A stretch of DNA of 64,000 bases, taken from contig NC_134035.1 of assembly GCF_964204645.1 (NCBI RefSeq), positions 13,424,451-13,488,450 of the forward strand, in the 5' to 3' direction. Made by a program: the position numbers and the translations under genes. A model generated the notes under the pieces. It was not told where the DNA came from. It saw nothing but the letters and a program-made list of their open reading frames with translations, and searched no databases. Source of the DNA: Tubulanus polymorphus. Lineage: Eukaryota > Animalia > Nemertea. Below, one piece after another: positions 10,489-24,300 of this stretch (its first letter is position 1; every line of letters begins with the position of its first letter).

Positions 10489-11617
10489 GGTTGTAGTCGT
10501 TGAGTTGATAATCTCGTAGATCAGAACGCGACGTGTTGAATGAACGGTTTCTACAGTTCGAGTGATGTCCGTTCAGCCGATACGCGCTTGTATATGTTCA
10601 ACTATTGCCGACGCGCACGTACCGCTGCTACGCGCAGAGCGCTCGATTCTATTCAGCTGAATTCACCGACGCGGATTTTGTGCTGGATGATTTTAATAAA
10701 CGGTTAATTTCTCGAATTATCACCGCTCAAACCCAAACATAACTAACATATTCTGAAAGCCAAGATCTGACTCTATCAATCTATGTGATCAAATCGATAT
10801 TTCATATTTGTTAACGGTATCGAAATCTCAGTTGTTTGAAGACAATCGCGGAAAATAAAATAAAACTTTGTTCTAAAGCTAAAAATTAATACGTTTCGCA
10901 TCTCGAAATCCATCTAACTATTATTTCAGATGAAAGATAATGTTGTTTTTTATCAACTGACGAAGTTTTGTGAAATTTGGAGCGGTAAAACTGGTGGAAT
11001 TTGACGATTTATTTTGACCCTACCAGAGCAGTTTCGTCAGACGCGGTATGACGCCGCCAACTCGGGTCCTTTTTCTAAATCGACCCCTGGCGCAATCAAA
11101 CAATAATTTACACCTAACAAACATAATAACATGATAACTTTTTATATTTCCGATAATCTTGATATCAATTTTGGTAAATATTTTGATGGGAAGTTGTTTA
11201 ATTTCACATATATCTGAGTTGAAGTGACGGTGATATCGGCAGCGACTGAGACGCGTAGCCTGGCGGTGATCGGCCATTTCTCATCTCAATATTCTTCTCC
11301 ATTGTTTTCTTTTTCGCGAATCAAGAATATCTTAAACAACGAGGTTCTATGAGTCTCGAATTACAATAATTTCAATATCTAGTTTCATTCATGTTTCGCA
11401 TCTGTACTGAGGAGAAATATACTTCAGATGATGAAAGTGAGGAGAGGCCAGTCGGCGTCCCGGAGACAAAGCGACGATCATCGGTATGATTGATCTAATA
11501 TCCTCGGGTAATTCTTCGTCTGAGAAATCAGGAAAAATATTCCACGAGTAAATAAATAACAATTTACAATATGATAAGACTGAATCATCCACTAATGCCA
11601 TTGAATCATTGAAATTC

Positions 11618-11937
11618 AGTGGCGGATTTAGCCTACCGCACTTGCCGCTAATGCGATAGTCAACATTTTTCCTCTAACAACATTTTATTTATTTCATGGA
11701 TGGATTTGACTTAGCTGATTCCTTGGAAAAAAGTACCCGTATTAAAACAGGATTTTTCTCTTCCAAAACCCAGGAAATGTCATCTCAGCCCTTTAAATTT
11801 TTCAAAATTATCTGGGGGAGGGCCCCCAAACCCCCCGTAGGCACGTCGTGCCTATGACACTCGTATTGCACATCTCGTGCCTTCGGCATTCGGTTGCCGA
11901 AATGCGGTAGTCATATTATGCCTCTGGATCCGCCAAT
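11618..11937. mobile_element. MITE with CAGTGGCGGAT(T/C) TIRs (hAT-like family)
   Basis: CAGTGGCGGATTTAG...CTGGATCCGCCAATG. Related ends at ~6945, 47066-47290 and ~60340-60352. Confidence 0.6.
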
Positions 11938-13979
11938 GAAATTGCATAAATAATCATCATTTGATATTCGAAGCTTGGGAGAGTGGCCTTTTCTGGACCT
12001 TTTTAAGGCAAAATATCTATGAAATTTCCGAAAGGTGGAAACTAAAACTAAATTTGTAACGAAAGAAAATGCGGAATTGTGGAACCCCCCAAAAGCTTTC
12101 AAAAAGTCAGTATACAGATTCGCGTAAAATACAAGAAAATAATTCGAAAAAATTTGTATTCTTCTATTCCACAATTAGGGTAGTCTCTGGTGCTGAGCCG
12201 GGAAAACCGCGCTGCATTACAGAAAACGAGATACGAGAATTTTGAAAAAAAATCAACTACTGCGATCCAGTCCAGACATCTTCCATTCATTAATTAGTTC
12301 ATTTAATGCAAGATATTTTTCAAAGTTTTTAACATGAAAAATGAAAAATAAACAAAACAAATAAAAAGAGCCGACACTAGGCGCGGAATTTTGATAATGA
12401 TAGATTTGATAAAATATCTTAATCGGTTCCGACAATTTACTTCGGCGCGGGTGGAAATGAAATAAATAAGTTTGTTTGTTAATTTTTGTTTGTTTGTTTG
12501 TTTATACTGAACGAGAGGTTTCACGGAGTGAGGTCATGAACGAGAGGTCTCACGGAGTGAGGTCAAGACGTATTTAAAGATTATAAAACATAACATATAG
12601 AATATGAAATACATTGAGAATATGAAATAAACAATAATAATTATTTGACTGAGAAAAGAGACGACAATAACTGTGTACAAAATGTATGTATGTTAGGGCT
12701 ACCTGCGAGCAATTTAATTACTTGTAGGGGCTACAAAGGAGAAATACAGAAGCTGTTATACACAGGTGCGTATTCGATTTGCACGTCAGAATCGCCACGG
12801 ACCTCCACCAGAGTTTCCTCTGGCTTCGTCCTGCTCAAGCATAGTTCACCATCTTTCGGGTCAAATATAAATATTGACAAAGGACCGGAATGATGAAAAA
12901 GATGACGATATGTGTTGATTAGCTTCACTTAAGTTTTTAAAAAAATTCCTAATTTCCTAGAGATGTCGCAAAAATACATCAAGATGCTCTTTACGATTTT
13001 TTGAATTGTAGTTAATACACTCGCCCAATAGTGAGTTAGACGCCATCTATCGGAATGTGGTGACAACAAAACTGCAGATCGCAAACGATGGCGGTATTAG
13101 TTACGTATTTTAAAACAGACAACTAAAAACGTTTATATGATTCAAAACTATTGGCAATAATTAATGGTGAATAAAGAGTTTATACAATTTCAGGCAGCGA
13201 TTGAAACAATTTAAATTTGAATTGAAATTGAATCGCCCGCTAATGAAAAAGTCTTGGGATGACAATAATAAGCGCCAGAGATAAAGATGATAAACTTTCA
13301 TTCTTCCGACTACGAAACTATGAGGTTAAAAAGGCAAAAATTGTCAAGTGCTGCCTCTATATACAAAGGTAGCGGTAGATATCAGCACCTAGTGTGCCCG
13401 GCCTTTTCAGCCCTTATGCCTTTTAAGCACTTGCAAAGCAAAACCAAAGTAAGGGGGGGGCAGGAAAAAATAAAATGAAATTTTTTAAGATCATAATAGG
13501 CGTTTTAGAATGGAAGGGTAGATAAAAAAAATTAAAATAATTTTTTTTAATTATTTTAGTAAGAATTTTGTAAACGGCAATAAAATTTGGAATCAGTTTC
13601 TGTTATTGTTTGCTTGGTGACGATTCTAAGAGAATGTACAGGGTAGATAGGGCGGCTGGCCAGGTGAACAAACCGAGTGAACGAAGCTCAGCGCAGTAAT
13701 GAGAAACAATAGTATCATTATCGCTCAGCCTTTGTTCTCACGCGGTTCATTAGCAAAAAAGGCTTTTTCATTTCACAATGGGTCGGATTTTTTTTATTTA
13801 TTGAATCGTAAGCTCAATGAAATAATAGAAATTGCAGATAGATCGTAAATTGCGAACAACCGCTCATTACAGTTCTTTCCTTTGTTTGAATCCAGTCGCC
13901 GAGATGCCCCCCGGCATCAAACACATCGCGCGGAGATGTCCCCCTGGTAACACATCGCACAAGTCTTCCGGTTCAGTCG

Positions 13980-14070
13980 TCAATGCGCATGCGTTCCGGA
14001 AATGAACGACGGCACTGAAACCGGAAGTGAGAATAATCGAGCTGACTAGCACAGCTGACTTCCGGTGGAT
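13980..14070. promoter_or_regulatory. CpG-rich housekeeping-type promoter (NRF1 and ETS motifs)
   Basis: TGCGCATGCG (~13985), CCGGAAGTG (~14021) and ACTTCCGG (~14059). A possible minus-strand donor lies at ~13868. Confidence 0.45.
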
Positions 14071-14860
14071 GAAATCTCACGGGTGATTGTTTGAAGAATG
14101 GGTCGATGTTTGATGGAGATATGTTTGAATATCCCCTGTCGGGTTAGAGCGTATCTCACTCGATCGCTCCCCTCTCTCTCTCTCTCTCCTCTCTCTCTCC
14201 CTCTCTCTCGTTGTGTCAATGGGGGAAATTGAAATAATGGAAAGAATTGAAACAAAAACAGCAAAACAGGATACGATTTCTCGTTCAGAAAATCTCGCCA
14301 TAAATCAGTCCAACAGAAAGCAGCAAAATTAAGAGTTCAGCAAAGTGCAATATTTCCAGAACAAAAACATGGTATATGCAGGGCTGATTGTAAATCATAA
14401 AGGAACGATATAATCTAATTATAGCAAAAATACATATTTTTTGTATTTTGTATTTTTTCCTTAGAATTCTTTTATCCCTGACGCGCTCATGAAATACCTT
14501 ATATCTAATCGACGAGCTCGTCGAATAAACTTATACTAAATCGAGGACTCTGAAACTCAGAGTAATTTCGACCACCCAATCTCATAAAACGATAACTTCG
14601 AATTCCGATTTTAAAACTCAATCCCCTGTTTCGCTCCCGGCAGGTGTGGTGCGGGCTAGTAGAGGGATACTAAATCATGACAAATTTGGAGAACAATCCC
14701 TACTTCAAGATCAAAACGAAGAGGGACCGGAGTGGATGATAGTCTCGGTTGTATCGACGGACGACCTATAGAACCGCTGCAGATTGTTGAATCACAGGCC
14801 CCAATTGCATACGATATAAACCGTTAATTCATACAAATTCCAAAAAATAAAAACGAAGAT

Positions 14861-15061
14861 TAGACGATAGGATACACAATATCCGTGTGTGATGATAACG
14901 AGAGAAATCCCACAATAACGAAGCCAAGATTGAAAAATTCTATATCAGAATGATTATATTTGAGGAGGCGACATTTCGGCTAACAACTGTTGGCCATCAT
15001 CAGGCATTCTGATATAGAATTTTTCTCAATCTTGTCTTCGTTATTGTGGGATTTCTCTCGT
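14861..15061 (-). mobile_element. Penelope-type fold-back insertion with one minimal hammerhead ribozyme
   Basis: 13-bp direct repeat TAAAAACGAAGAT at 14848-14860 and 15062-15074; inverted arms; minus-strand CTGATGA-T-GGCCAACAGTTGTTAGCC-GAAATGTC at 15005-14968. Confidence 0.8.
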
Positions 15062-18000
15062 TAAAAACGAAGATGTGTTCATTAAAAGTTTGAAAATTTA
15101 AGATTTATTGTGCCAGGTCTCTCGCTAGAGACCGTGTGGTGTGTGCGTCATCTACTGGTATAGTATAATCATGGACTCTAAATCGTTTTAGAGTCCATGG
15201 TATAATCGTTTGGCAATGTCGCCTGGTTACAGAAAGGTCACGTGAATATGTATAGCACCTGTTCTATTGTTAGAAAGACTTCACACAACACAGAAAGTCA
15301 AACAAACAGGAAGATCTAATTTGACTATATATGTGTCCCTGGGCTGATTACTATACAACGTGTCAAATTCAATCTATCTTCAAAACTACTTAATTATTGA
15401 AATACTTTATGCAAATAGGCGGAAATTTACATATATACTTTCAGATTAAGAGTTGCGTTCAAGCGAGGACTTAGAATGTTAAAAGCAGTTTTAGACTTTC
15501 AAATTAATGGAGATTATAGAAGCCTTTCACTGAGACGTGGAGGAAAATGATAATATCAAAACCCACTCAATATCTCACTATGTACAAATATAAAAGATTA
15601 AAAAAGTTAAAGAAATTTATTTATCGAATCACGAATTAAAAAGAAGATATATCTGAGTGTGAGGTTCATATAGTTTATCGAGTTATTAATACTAACAAAT
15701 ATTAAACTATTATTTGCGACAGAGTTCTAATCGTGAAACTGTGTAAATTACAAAGCAAACACGTCAATATAAGGTATTATTACTGAAGCGAGTGACTAGG
15801 ACCTGTCAGGACCTGTCAGGACCTGTCAACAAACAATCTAAAGTGATAATTGTTATGATATGACAGCTGTGCTATACGCGCTGTAACCAGTTATCAGTAA
15901 TAAAACATTGATTAATATTTATTCATTAGACATCAGTATTGAGAGACTTATCGGCCATACGGGCTGTGACGGGCTAGGGGTGGCTGATAGGCCCACCTCG
16001 GATCTATCGAGAACAGTACTCTAGTCCTCTAGATCAAAATCATGTTTTCAAAAATAATAAGAATTTCTATAAACGTTAATGTTACTCCTGATATGACGTA
16101 TATAATAGTTAATAGTAATCTCATTAAATAGAAAACTCTCAATGTCGTTATTAATTAACATTGCGGCAGTAATTAGTTCCATCTCTGCAATTCTTATGAA
16201 TTTTCCTTGGCTTTTTTATTTTCCTTGGCCATATTTTTCCGGCCCTACAATCGATTGATGAAGCTTTCTGGAGCCTCGTGACTCAATTCGCAGTCGTTTA
16301 GGTATTCTGAACATTTCTACTCCCATAACTAGATGTCATCTTCCCCAGTTAAACCCCTGCAGCCAGCCAGACCCCGGGCGGGCCGGTTCCATAGTGAGGG
16401 CTTAGACTTAAGACCGTTCTAAGACCAACTTAGTTCTATAGCAAATCTAACAACTTAAGACCAGTCTTATTAAAGATTTAACACCGCTTTTGGTCTTAAG
16501 TCTTGACTATGGAACCAGCCCCAGCAGATTACTTAAGTTGACTTTTCAAGACCGAATATGAGTTAAGTCCGATCTTAAGCTAACTATGGCCCGGTTAAAT
16601 CGAGCGAATCTCGCTATTATTTTCTCTCCACATTTTGGCGAAGAAAATCGACCAGAACTTTTCTCCCCCTCTTAGCAACCGGTGAAATATTGAGACATAT
16701 GGCTAATACGCGACGGATGACATCCTGCAGCCTGGGAGGCTGGTGTTGATGAGACTGATTTGTGATTTTAGAGCGCGCGTTGCTAAGAATCACATTTCTA
16801 CCCCGTAAAAGGACTCGTCGCGTATTTCGGTTGTCAGCGCGCATGGAAACCACTGATCGGATCCGAGGTCGTCGGGTCGAGCCTAGCAGGTGTTTCGACT
16901 CGGCCCTGTGTATACGCGAGTAGCGCAATGACAGAGGCATTCTTAGCGGCAGCTATCTATACGCCGGAGTTAATGCCATTCTACGTCATTAGACTCTGCT
17001 TTCATACGTAATTCTCAAAAGGTCAACAACATTTCGAATTAAAAGAAACATATGGCGACAATAGAATTATAGAGTTATTAAGGCTCTCTATAGCCGCGGA
17101 CACCAGGAAGCGATTTCTAATTTGTTCCGTGTTTATTCCCCGACTAATTCTCGGTAATTTCTCTACCCGGAAAACATTTTCATAAAACAAGGATCCGAAG
17201 GTTCGGCGTTTAGATAATTGTCCTGGCCGATTCTGGGAAGAGATTGATAAACGCAAGCTGACGCGCCCCATCCCCAAATAAACTCCACTTATTGAAACCT
17301 GGCACTCGCTGAAACGATCCCGATATCAAACTATAATCTAGTTGCTCCATACTTTTAAAAAGCCTGCTCCATTTATGATACAATGAATTTGACGTCAGGG
17401 GTTGATTACTGAACAGACTGGACCCAGTTTTTCATATAGTAAATTTTCACAAGCCTTGATTTTGTCAATGAAGAGAACAATAATTGTTCTCTTAGCAATT
17501 ATTGTTTATCAGTCATTTTCGTATACATAATCTATGCTATCTAATTCTCAGTATTTCCAACTGGTAATTTCTATCCATGACATTTTTACCTCTGACATTT
17601 TTACCAATACCGATATGAGTTCTCGGTGTAAAGTTTCGGTCCAAGAAATAATTGAATCTTGAATCAAATTGTAACTACTGAGAACCGTACTATCACCATT
17701 CTAGCGCGGGAATAGATCAGCTTAAAAGTGAAAATCATCAGTTCATTGTTTAAAGTTGATTTCAACTCAGAGCTGAAGAGCTTTATTGCAGATAACTTTG
17801 GTCACACGAGATTGTTTTAAATTATAAAACGATCGTTTTAGAATCTATGGTTTCAATATCATTATGCACGACTGCAGTATTTTTGACCAGCCTATCAAAG
17901 AGCCACCTTAACACTTCGAATTTTTCGATTTCAATTTATTCATCCTCCAGGTATAGGTTCTCACACAGGGATCTAAAACTTCAGATATAGCAGGGAGGTG

Positions 18001-18346
18001 GGAGTGAACTCCCACCTCCCTGGATATAGTAATCGAATATTCACAGTAACTTTGATTGCGTCGTACGCCGGGTGCCAAGGGTCGAGTGGAGTCATTACCA
18101 CTCCACATAAAACACAAGTAGCAATTTTGATAATGGAAAAAAGTCATCTCGTTTAGATGAGATAACATATGTGTGGTCGGTCGATCGGGCGAGCGGGCGG
18201 GTGGGGGACATTTCACTATATAAACACAAACTGCCTCTCTATGAATTATTATCGCTTATTTGATTTTCTCACACTTAAAACCGTCGTCACTTCAAAACGA
18301 GTAAATACACTTATCTATACAAGTTAGTTAAACTAGGAGAGTATTG

Positions 18347-18650
18347 TCACACTCTCTCCCGCTGTCTCCAACACCAGTCTGTCAGCCTGACCCGCTCTCT
18401 CCCGCTCTCTCCCACACCAGTCTGCCAGCCTAACCCGCTCTCTCCCGCTCTCTCCCACACCAGTCTGTCAGCCTGACCCGCTCTCTCCCGCTGTCTCCAA
18501 CACCAGTCTGCCAGCCAGTCCGTTCTCCCCCGCCCGCCCACCAGCCTGACCCGCTCTCTCCCGCTCTCCAACACCAGTCTGCCAGCCAGTCCGCTCTCCC
18601 CCGCTCGCCCACCAGCCTACCAGCAGCCCACTTTCTCCCACTCTCTACCC
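18347..18650. repeat. C-rich degenerate minisatellite (ACACCAGTCTG[T/C]CAGCC...CCGCTCTCTC)
   Basis: Visible tandem units that explain ORFs 18347-18723. Confidence 0.85.
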
Positions 18651-19046
18651 CCCCCCTCCCCCAGTAATATTTGACTACAACCAAGTTCATATTCACTACG
18701 GAAAGTATAAAGGTGCCTTGCATCAGTCAATGGCAAGACTTCTTGTTGACTATAACTACTCTATTGTTGCAAAACCACCGATCATCTCTCAATCTCTCTC
18801 CCTCTCTACTGAAGCGTCGCATATAGTTTCAATAACCGGACTCACAAACATATGTGACACGACAACTAAAACTAATTGGTGTAATAATCATTAAACAATT
18901 TACTCTCGGACTAAACCCGTGTACACGAGTCCAGCCCGTATTTAATTCTAGAGTAAGACTGTATAGTACCGGGTGTTATTATTATATAGTGTCTGATACG
19001 GGTTTCAGATGTAAGCAAACTGGTGCAGGTGGATAATTTTTGATAA

Positions 19047-19083
19047 TTGCTGCTGCTGCTGCTGCTGCTGGTGGTGGTGGTGG
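19047..19083. repeat. (GCT)n(GGT)n compound microsatellite
   Basis: Read directly from the sequence. Confidence 0.9.
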
Positions 19084-20529
19084 TACTCATGACGATGAGG
19101 GTGTCTGCGCATGAAATACTGGTGTATGAAATTGCGGTTTTCTATATAATTACAGACGCAGCTGAAATTGGTGACAAAATTGAAAAGACAATTTCCCAGT
19201 AATTTCTCTGTGGCAGATGTGTATACGCAGTATTTTTCTCGCTGAGATAATCGGTTGTTGTTTTTGACGCAGGCGGGCTGGCGGTCGGGCTGGCGGGCTG
19301 GTTGGCTGGCGGACCGGGTTAGAATAACACCTGTTTCTAGTCGCACGAGTTGGCGAACGAACCATGTTCACCTTTCTGTTCCCCGTTCGTTATTTTGAAT
19401 TCAGTAATTATTTAATAATGTTACTGATGAATTATTCAGGGTTCAGTGAAAACACGCGTCTGTATCTAACACAAAAAAAAAAAACAAAGAGAGACATTGA
19501 GAGAGAGATTTTGGCGCACGCGCACGCCGCAGTAAGCGCAGTCACACGGGTTTGAATATTTTATTTCTAACGGTTCAATATTTAAAATCGTTGAAAATCA
19601 ATACAACTCAAATTCATGTATGAACATACAAGAAAAATCTACTTCAAAGTTTTGCCGTCGCTCGTACCGCGCGAGGCCTGGTCGATTGTGACCGAAAATA
19701 CCCTCAAATTTAAAATGATATCAGAGAATTCGTTTCATATTCAAGGAATAAACATTTTCAGATGTGGAAATTTAAAACTCCTAATATAGTTTCATAAATC
19801 CACGATCCAAATACAAAAAAAATGTATGGTTGAAGATCAGGATTTGATTCTAAATTGTTTGGTACATAAAAACTTAATAAACTTGAAATGAGTAAATTTC
19901 CGATGTTTTCCGATATTTGAGCTCAAAGGCAACTGGACTGGTGGCCGTACAAATCAGCATTGTCAGGGTTTGTATATATTAGTTACATAAAACGGGTGTT
20001 AAATCTGGGAATATATCGATTTTGTGCAAATGGTCCCTGATGAAGAAGCCCCGCAGTAGCACTAGTGTAGAATACAACAATACTGAAGCCATATTGTCAT
20101 AGAGACGATTTCTCTCGAACTATCTCGTGTTGTTTGATGTTAAGCACGTGGTTACTCGTGTTCGGAACGGAAATCCTGTCAATCCATCGCTACCGGGCTC
20201 CATATACCTCCTCAAACTATCGGAACTTAATTCCGCGCCTCAATAAATATCCCTCAATCATTCCCTGATACAGATACAAACTTTCTGTAAGTAATAACCA
20301 TCTATATTTGCGATCACCGTTTCGTAGGTTCGGTTAAAAAGGATAACCGCCGAATTCGGCTAAGATACGGGGAAACGAAATCCGCGAAAATAAGATCGTA
20401 AATTAGGCGGGTGACAATGGGAATAATGGACACTTGGCGGTGAGATATGCGCGTGACATGCGCATCTGGTCTGACTACATTGCAGTCAACTGCATAGCGA
20501 CGGCAACCGACAAAACTACCCACCCGACT

Positions 20530-20720
20530 CGTGACGTCATCGATCTCAGCCCGGTATATAAAGCGAGCGATTTGACAGATTAGATCAGTCTAGATCGTGA
20601 CCAGATCCGCAGCAAGTTCGACTACAGGAATAACTCTCAAAAGTCGCGTCATCCGTAGTTCTTATAGGATTTATATTCTTCATTATAACGAAAGACTTAC
20701 TCACCACACAGACGAGCAAG
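20530..20720 (+). promoter_or_regulatory. Core promoter and non-coding exon 1 of the HLH gene
   Basis: CRE TGACGTCA (20532-20539), TATATAAA (~20555-20562), donor CAAG|GTTTGA at 20720/20721; acceptor TTACAG sits immediately before ATG 21311. Confidence 0.65.
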
Positions 20721-21310
20721 GTTTGAATTCTTTCATTTTTTCAAAGATAATTTCAATTTTTCATGAAATACAGTTTGATCGTAGCGAAACAAGAGGTCGA
20801 CTATCACGTGCAACTGGAATTTCTACTCGAATTTATTCTCGAATTCATGAAAACGTTTTTATGATGAAGAAATTGAAGTTAAACTTTTCCATGGGAATTT
20901 TCAAAAATTTTGATTCATACACAATGAAGTCATGTGAATCTGATCGCCGTGGACTTAGAGTTCATGATCTGATTACAAACGTTGAAGCATTTCTTAGTTT
21001 TTGTAATGTTGTTTTGATACTTTGCGTGGTGCCAAATCCATCTAATATATTATATTTGAACGTATGAATCAGGCGGAAAATTAACATAATATTGTAACAA
21101 TGCTTTGAGTCTATATAAATTGTGATATAAAAAGCATTGAGCTAATGGTTAACTCGACGAAGCAATGTCTATAAGGATTAAGCTTAACCAAACGTTGAAC
21201 ATGCCACAGCTCAGGTTGTGCAGGGATTTTATATCTTTACAACAAGGACTCGTTAATCTATTAGTAAACTCATCAAAGTTATCTATAATCGTCTTATCGA
21301 CTTGTTACAG

Positions 21311-24300
21311 ATGTTGAGACTCAGCGAACCGACGACATTATCCTCGTCATCCAACACGAAATCCGAACTGATGAAGAAAAAAGCGAAGAAGATCGTGATG
21401 AGAGCTCGTATGAAAAAACTACACAAACGTGAATACTCGAAACTACGAGCGATGGTGCCGGCCGTGGCCAAACAGGAAAAAGTTTCTAAGGTACAGAACA
21501 AACGACAATTTACATATATAACAGAAATCATCAGTGGTTCTCTCCGCCTGACTAAAACATGGACCCTAAAATCTAAGTGTTCTGGATGCAGTTTTACAGT
21601 TCTTTAAGTTTAATATTTGAATCTAGAGTAGAAAGAAATATTATCAGAAAAGAATTGATTTAACTAAGGGCTTAAAATCTAACTCGCAACTAACGAAACC
21701 GGGTCCAGTTCCTGCGGTCAGTATTTGACTGATATGGGTTTACAAACCTATCTTAACTTAGGCCAAGTACAGGAGCTGGGTTCACATGGATTCTGCCATC
21801 GTTAGAACTTCAGTTTTTTATATCTTCAGTGACTTTTAACTTAAGGGATCGGTTCCGTTCGTATAATCTCAGAAATGGTGTCAAATTAAACATTTTGTTT
21901 TTAATATATTAACTATATCTCAGAAGCTGTACGATAACGGTATTTTGAGGGTTAAGTCGTGTAGGTGTGGAAATGGTGTTGAATAGCGTCAAAGTTCACG
22001 TTTAGTAGTAATTTCCTCAGCTGTGTTGATTTCATTTCAAAAACCGATTATTATTCAAGTTAACATCTAGTAATGGATCTATTATTCCAGGATTAACTGT
22101 GAGAATACGACTACAAACCGCTCCTGTTATTGAGTTAATCCCGCAACTTAATCTTTACGTAATCACTATTCTATAGAACAGGGAGATAGATATTAATCCC
22201 TTTTTGCGTCTTGACTCGAATTAAATGAAGTTTTAATGGATTTCAATTCGTGCAAATACACGATTAGTGAATGTACACTCCTAGCTGATTTCTACGCGGT
22301 TAAACCTTTCTAATTATTTCCTTGTAATCGACATAATCTAACATCGTGCAATAGGTATAATTATCTATTTGTACCAACCCCTATAGCCCGCACCCATTGC
22401 GCAAAACTGAATATCGCTTTCTTTTTTACGAACCTAGAAAGTTAATTTGTAAAACACAATAGTAGTCGATTAATAGTTCTGCAACGTTACATCATTTCAA
22501 ATGTAAAGAATGTTTTGTTGTGAAACATTGTACGAGTACAATGTAAAATAGTGTAAAATGAATGTTTTAGAAGAAAATCTGACAGGAATTGCTCTAGGGA
22601 TGGTTATAAATCTCAACCAGTTGGCAACGGGGGTCTAAACACTGAATATATTCATACAACTTATTTTACATACACGCTGAGACCAGATCCGTTATTGTGA
22701 TTCCAAATAACTCTAGATAACAAAATACCCCCCAATAATATCCCCTGTTCGCCGGGTAATATTGTATCAAGCCTATTGAATTTCTATAATAACCAAGATC
22801 CACTTTTACCACCAGTGATGAGTCAATTGCGTTGCTAGCGCTTCGTGCAGTAGTCTATACGCTCTCCTTAAGTCTGATCTTATTGGACTGTAAAAACAAA
22901 TCTGTCCAACTTGATGAATATCTAAGTTAGATGTTACAGATATTGTCACAAAATATATCGACAAAAATCTATCCGAGTTAAATGGATATTTCATTAATGA
23001 GTTTATCGAATCCGACTTGTTCATCTATTACAATGCAAGATAAACTAAATCAAATAATCAATTTCAAATTTGAAAGATATACTGCTTATTTAATTGGCCA
23101 TTAGTAGATTTTGCTTGGGAAGCACTTTTTTTCTCATAGGCTCCACGTACGGCGCCGCATCGGATCGTGGGAAATATACGATTTTTTCTATAGAGTATTT
23201 GTTTCGGATTTTCTATGTGCGTTCGGTCGAGTATACGACCGCGCACCTGTGTCTATTGTTGAGTTGGAATTTCGGCAAATTATCCTTGTGTCAATTTGTA
23301 TATTGTATTTGCACGACAATAAGACACATCAGTTTACGGGGTTTGTGTTTAAGTTGTAGCTTGCGGGTGATCGGATGATCGCGGGTCTTGTCACCTCTGA
23401 CCCTTCTCACAGTTCTGGCACCTTACATACAGCAATCAACACCAAACACACAAACACCTTTATTCGAGGTGTTAAAATAGATAATTGTTCGCGCCGTTGT
23501 TTGCGCGTAATTAACGGACTGTTAATTACTGGCACTAATTACTGGATCAACACGACATGTCGCCAGGTACCGAACACCTGGACGTCAGTTGAAAATTGTG
23601 AAGTTTGAGATGAATTGTTTCATGCCAAAATTGTTTGCTTCTTGGAGACGATATAAAGATCCAACAATGATAAAGAAAGAAATGTAATTAAAGAATCTGG
23701 GCCCAGTTGCTCAAAAGTTGGTTAAAGATAACTAGCTGTTAAACACCATACTAACAATGAAATTTCAATTGTCACTATGTCAACTATCCAGCTATCCAGT
23801 GGTTAACTCTAACCAACTTTTGAGCAACCGGCCCCTGGAAGTCAAGAACTGTTAAACTGGATCCATGGCCCAGGCTTCGATTCTGATTTAAAGGTCGCAG
23901 TTTAGAGGTCGAGATTACGATAGATTTCTCTAGTTTTTTTTCTCTATTATTTACAGATTACGGTGATCGAAGAAGCGATAAAATACATCGATGAATTACA
24001 CAATGCTTTGATAGAGCGATTACAGAACAATAACAATAACCAATCACAATCAGCAACTCTGTCGCACAGCAACAGCAACAGCAGCAGTAGTCAAACCGGT
24101 AAGTAAAGAGTGTTCAGTGATTACAGACTCCGAAGTGTGACGTCATCGGTGGATGAGTTTTAATGACTGTTCAATACTTTCACGACTCTGACCGTTAGTA
24201 TCAGAGATATCGTCTGGTCGCGAATTGATAATTCTATGACTGAAGGCAAAGTATATGACGATAGGTAATTGAAATGACAGAGGAAAATAGTTTCCACTAA

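Noticed and set aside
9836-10503. Hydrophobic + strand ORFs 9836-10177 and 10204-10503
   Set aside because: Antisense shadows of the Lys/Ala-rich histone H1.
8788-12928. Multi-exon coding gene from ORFs 8788-8997, 11020-11277, 11389-11601, 12731-12928
   Set aside because: No phase-consistent, stop-free model or recognisable domain could be built.
19005-19346. Poly-H/poly-Q transcription-factor ORF
   Set aside because: Produced by a trinucleotide microsatellite; no domain or splice support.
20597-21067. 156-aa ORF at the HLH promoter
   Set aside because: Non-ATG start; it runs across the predicted non-coding exon and intron with no recognisable protein features.
23151-23165. BMP/Smad response element for the ID-like gene
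   Set aside because: GGCGCC is present but lacks GTCT at the 5-bp spacing.
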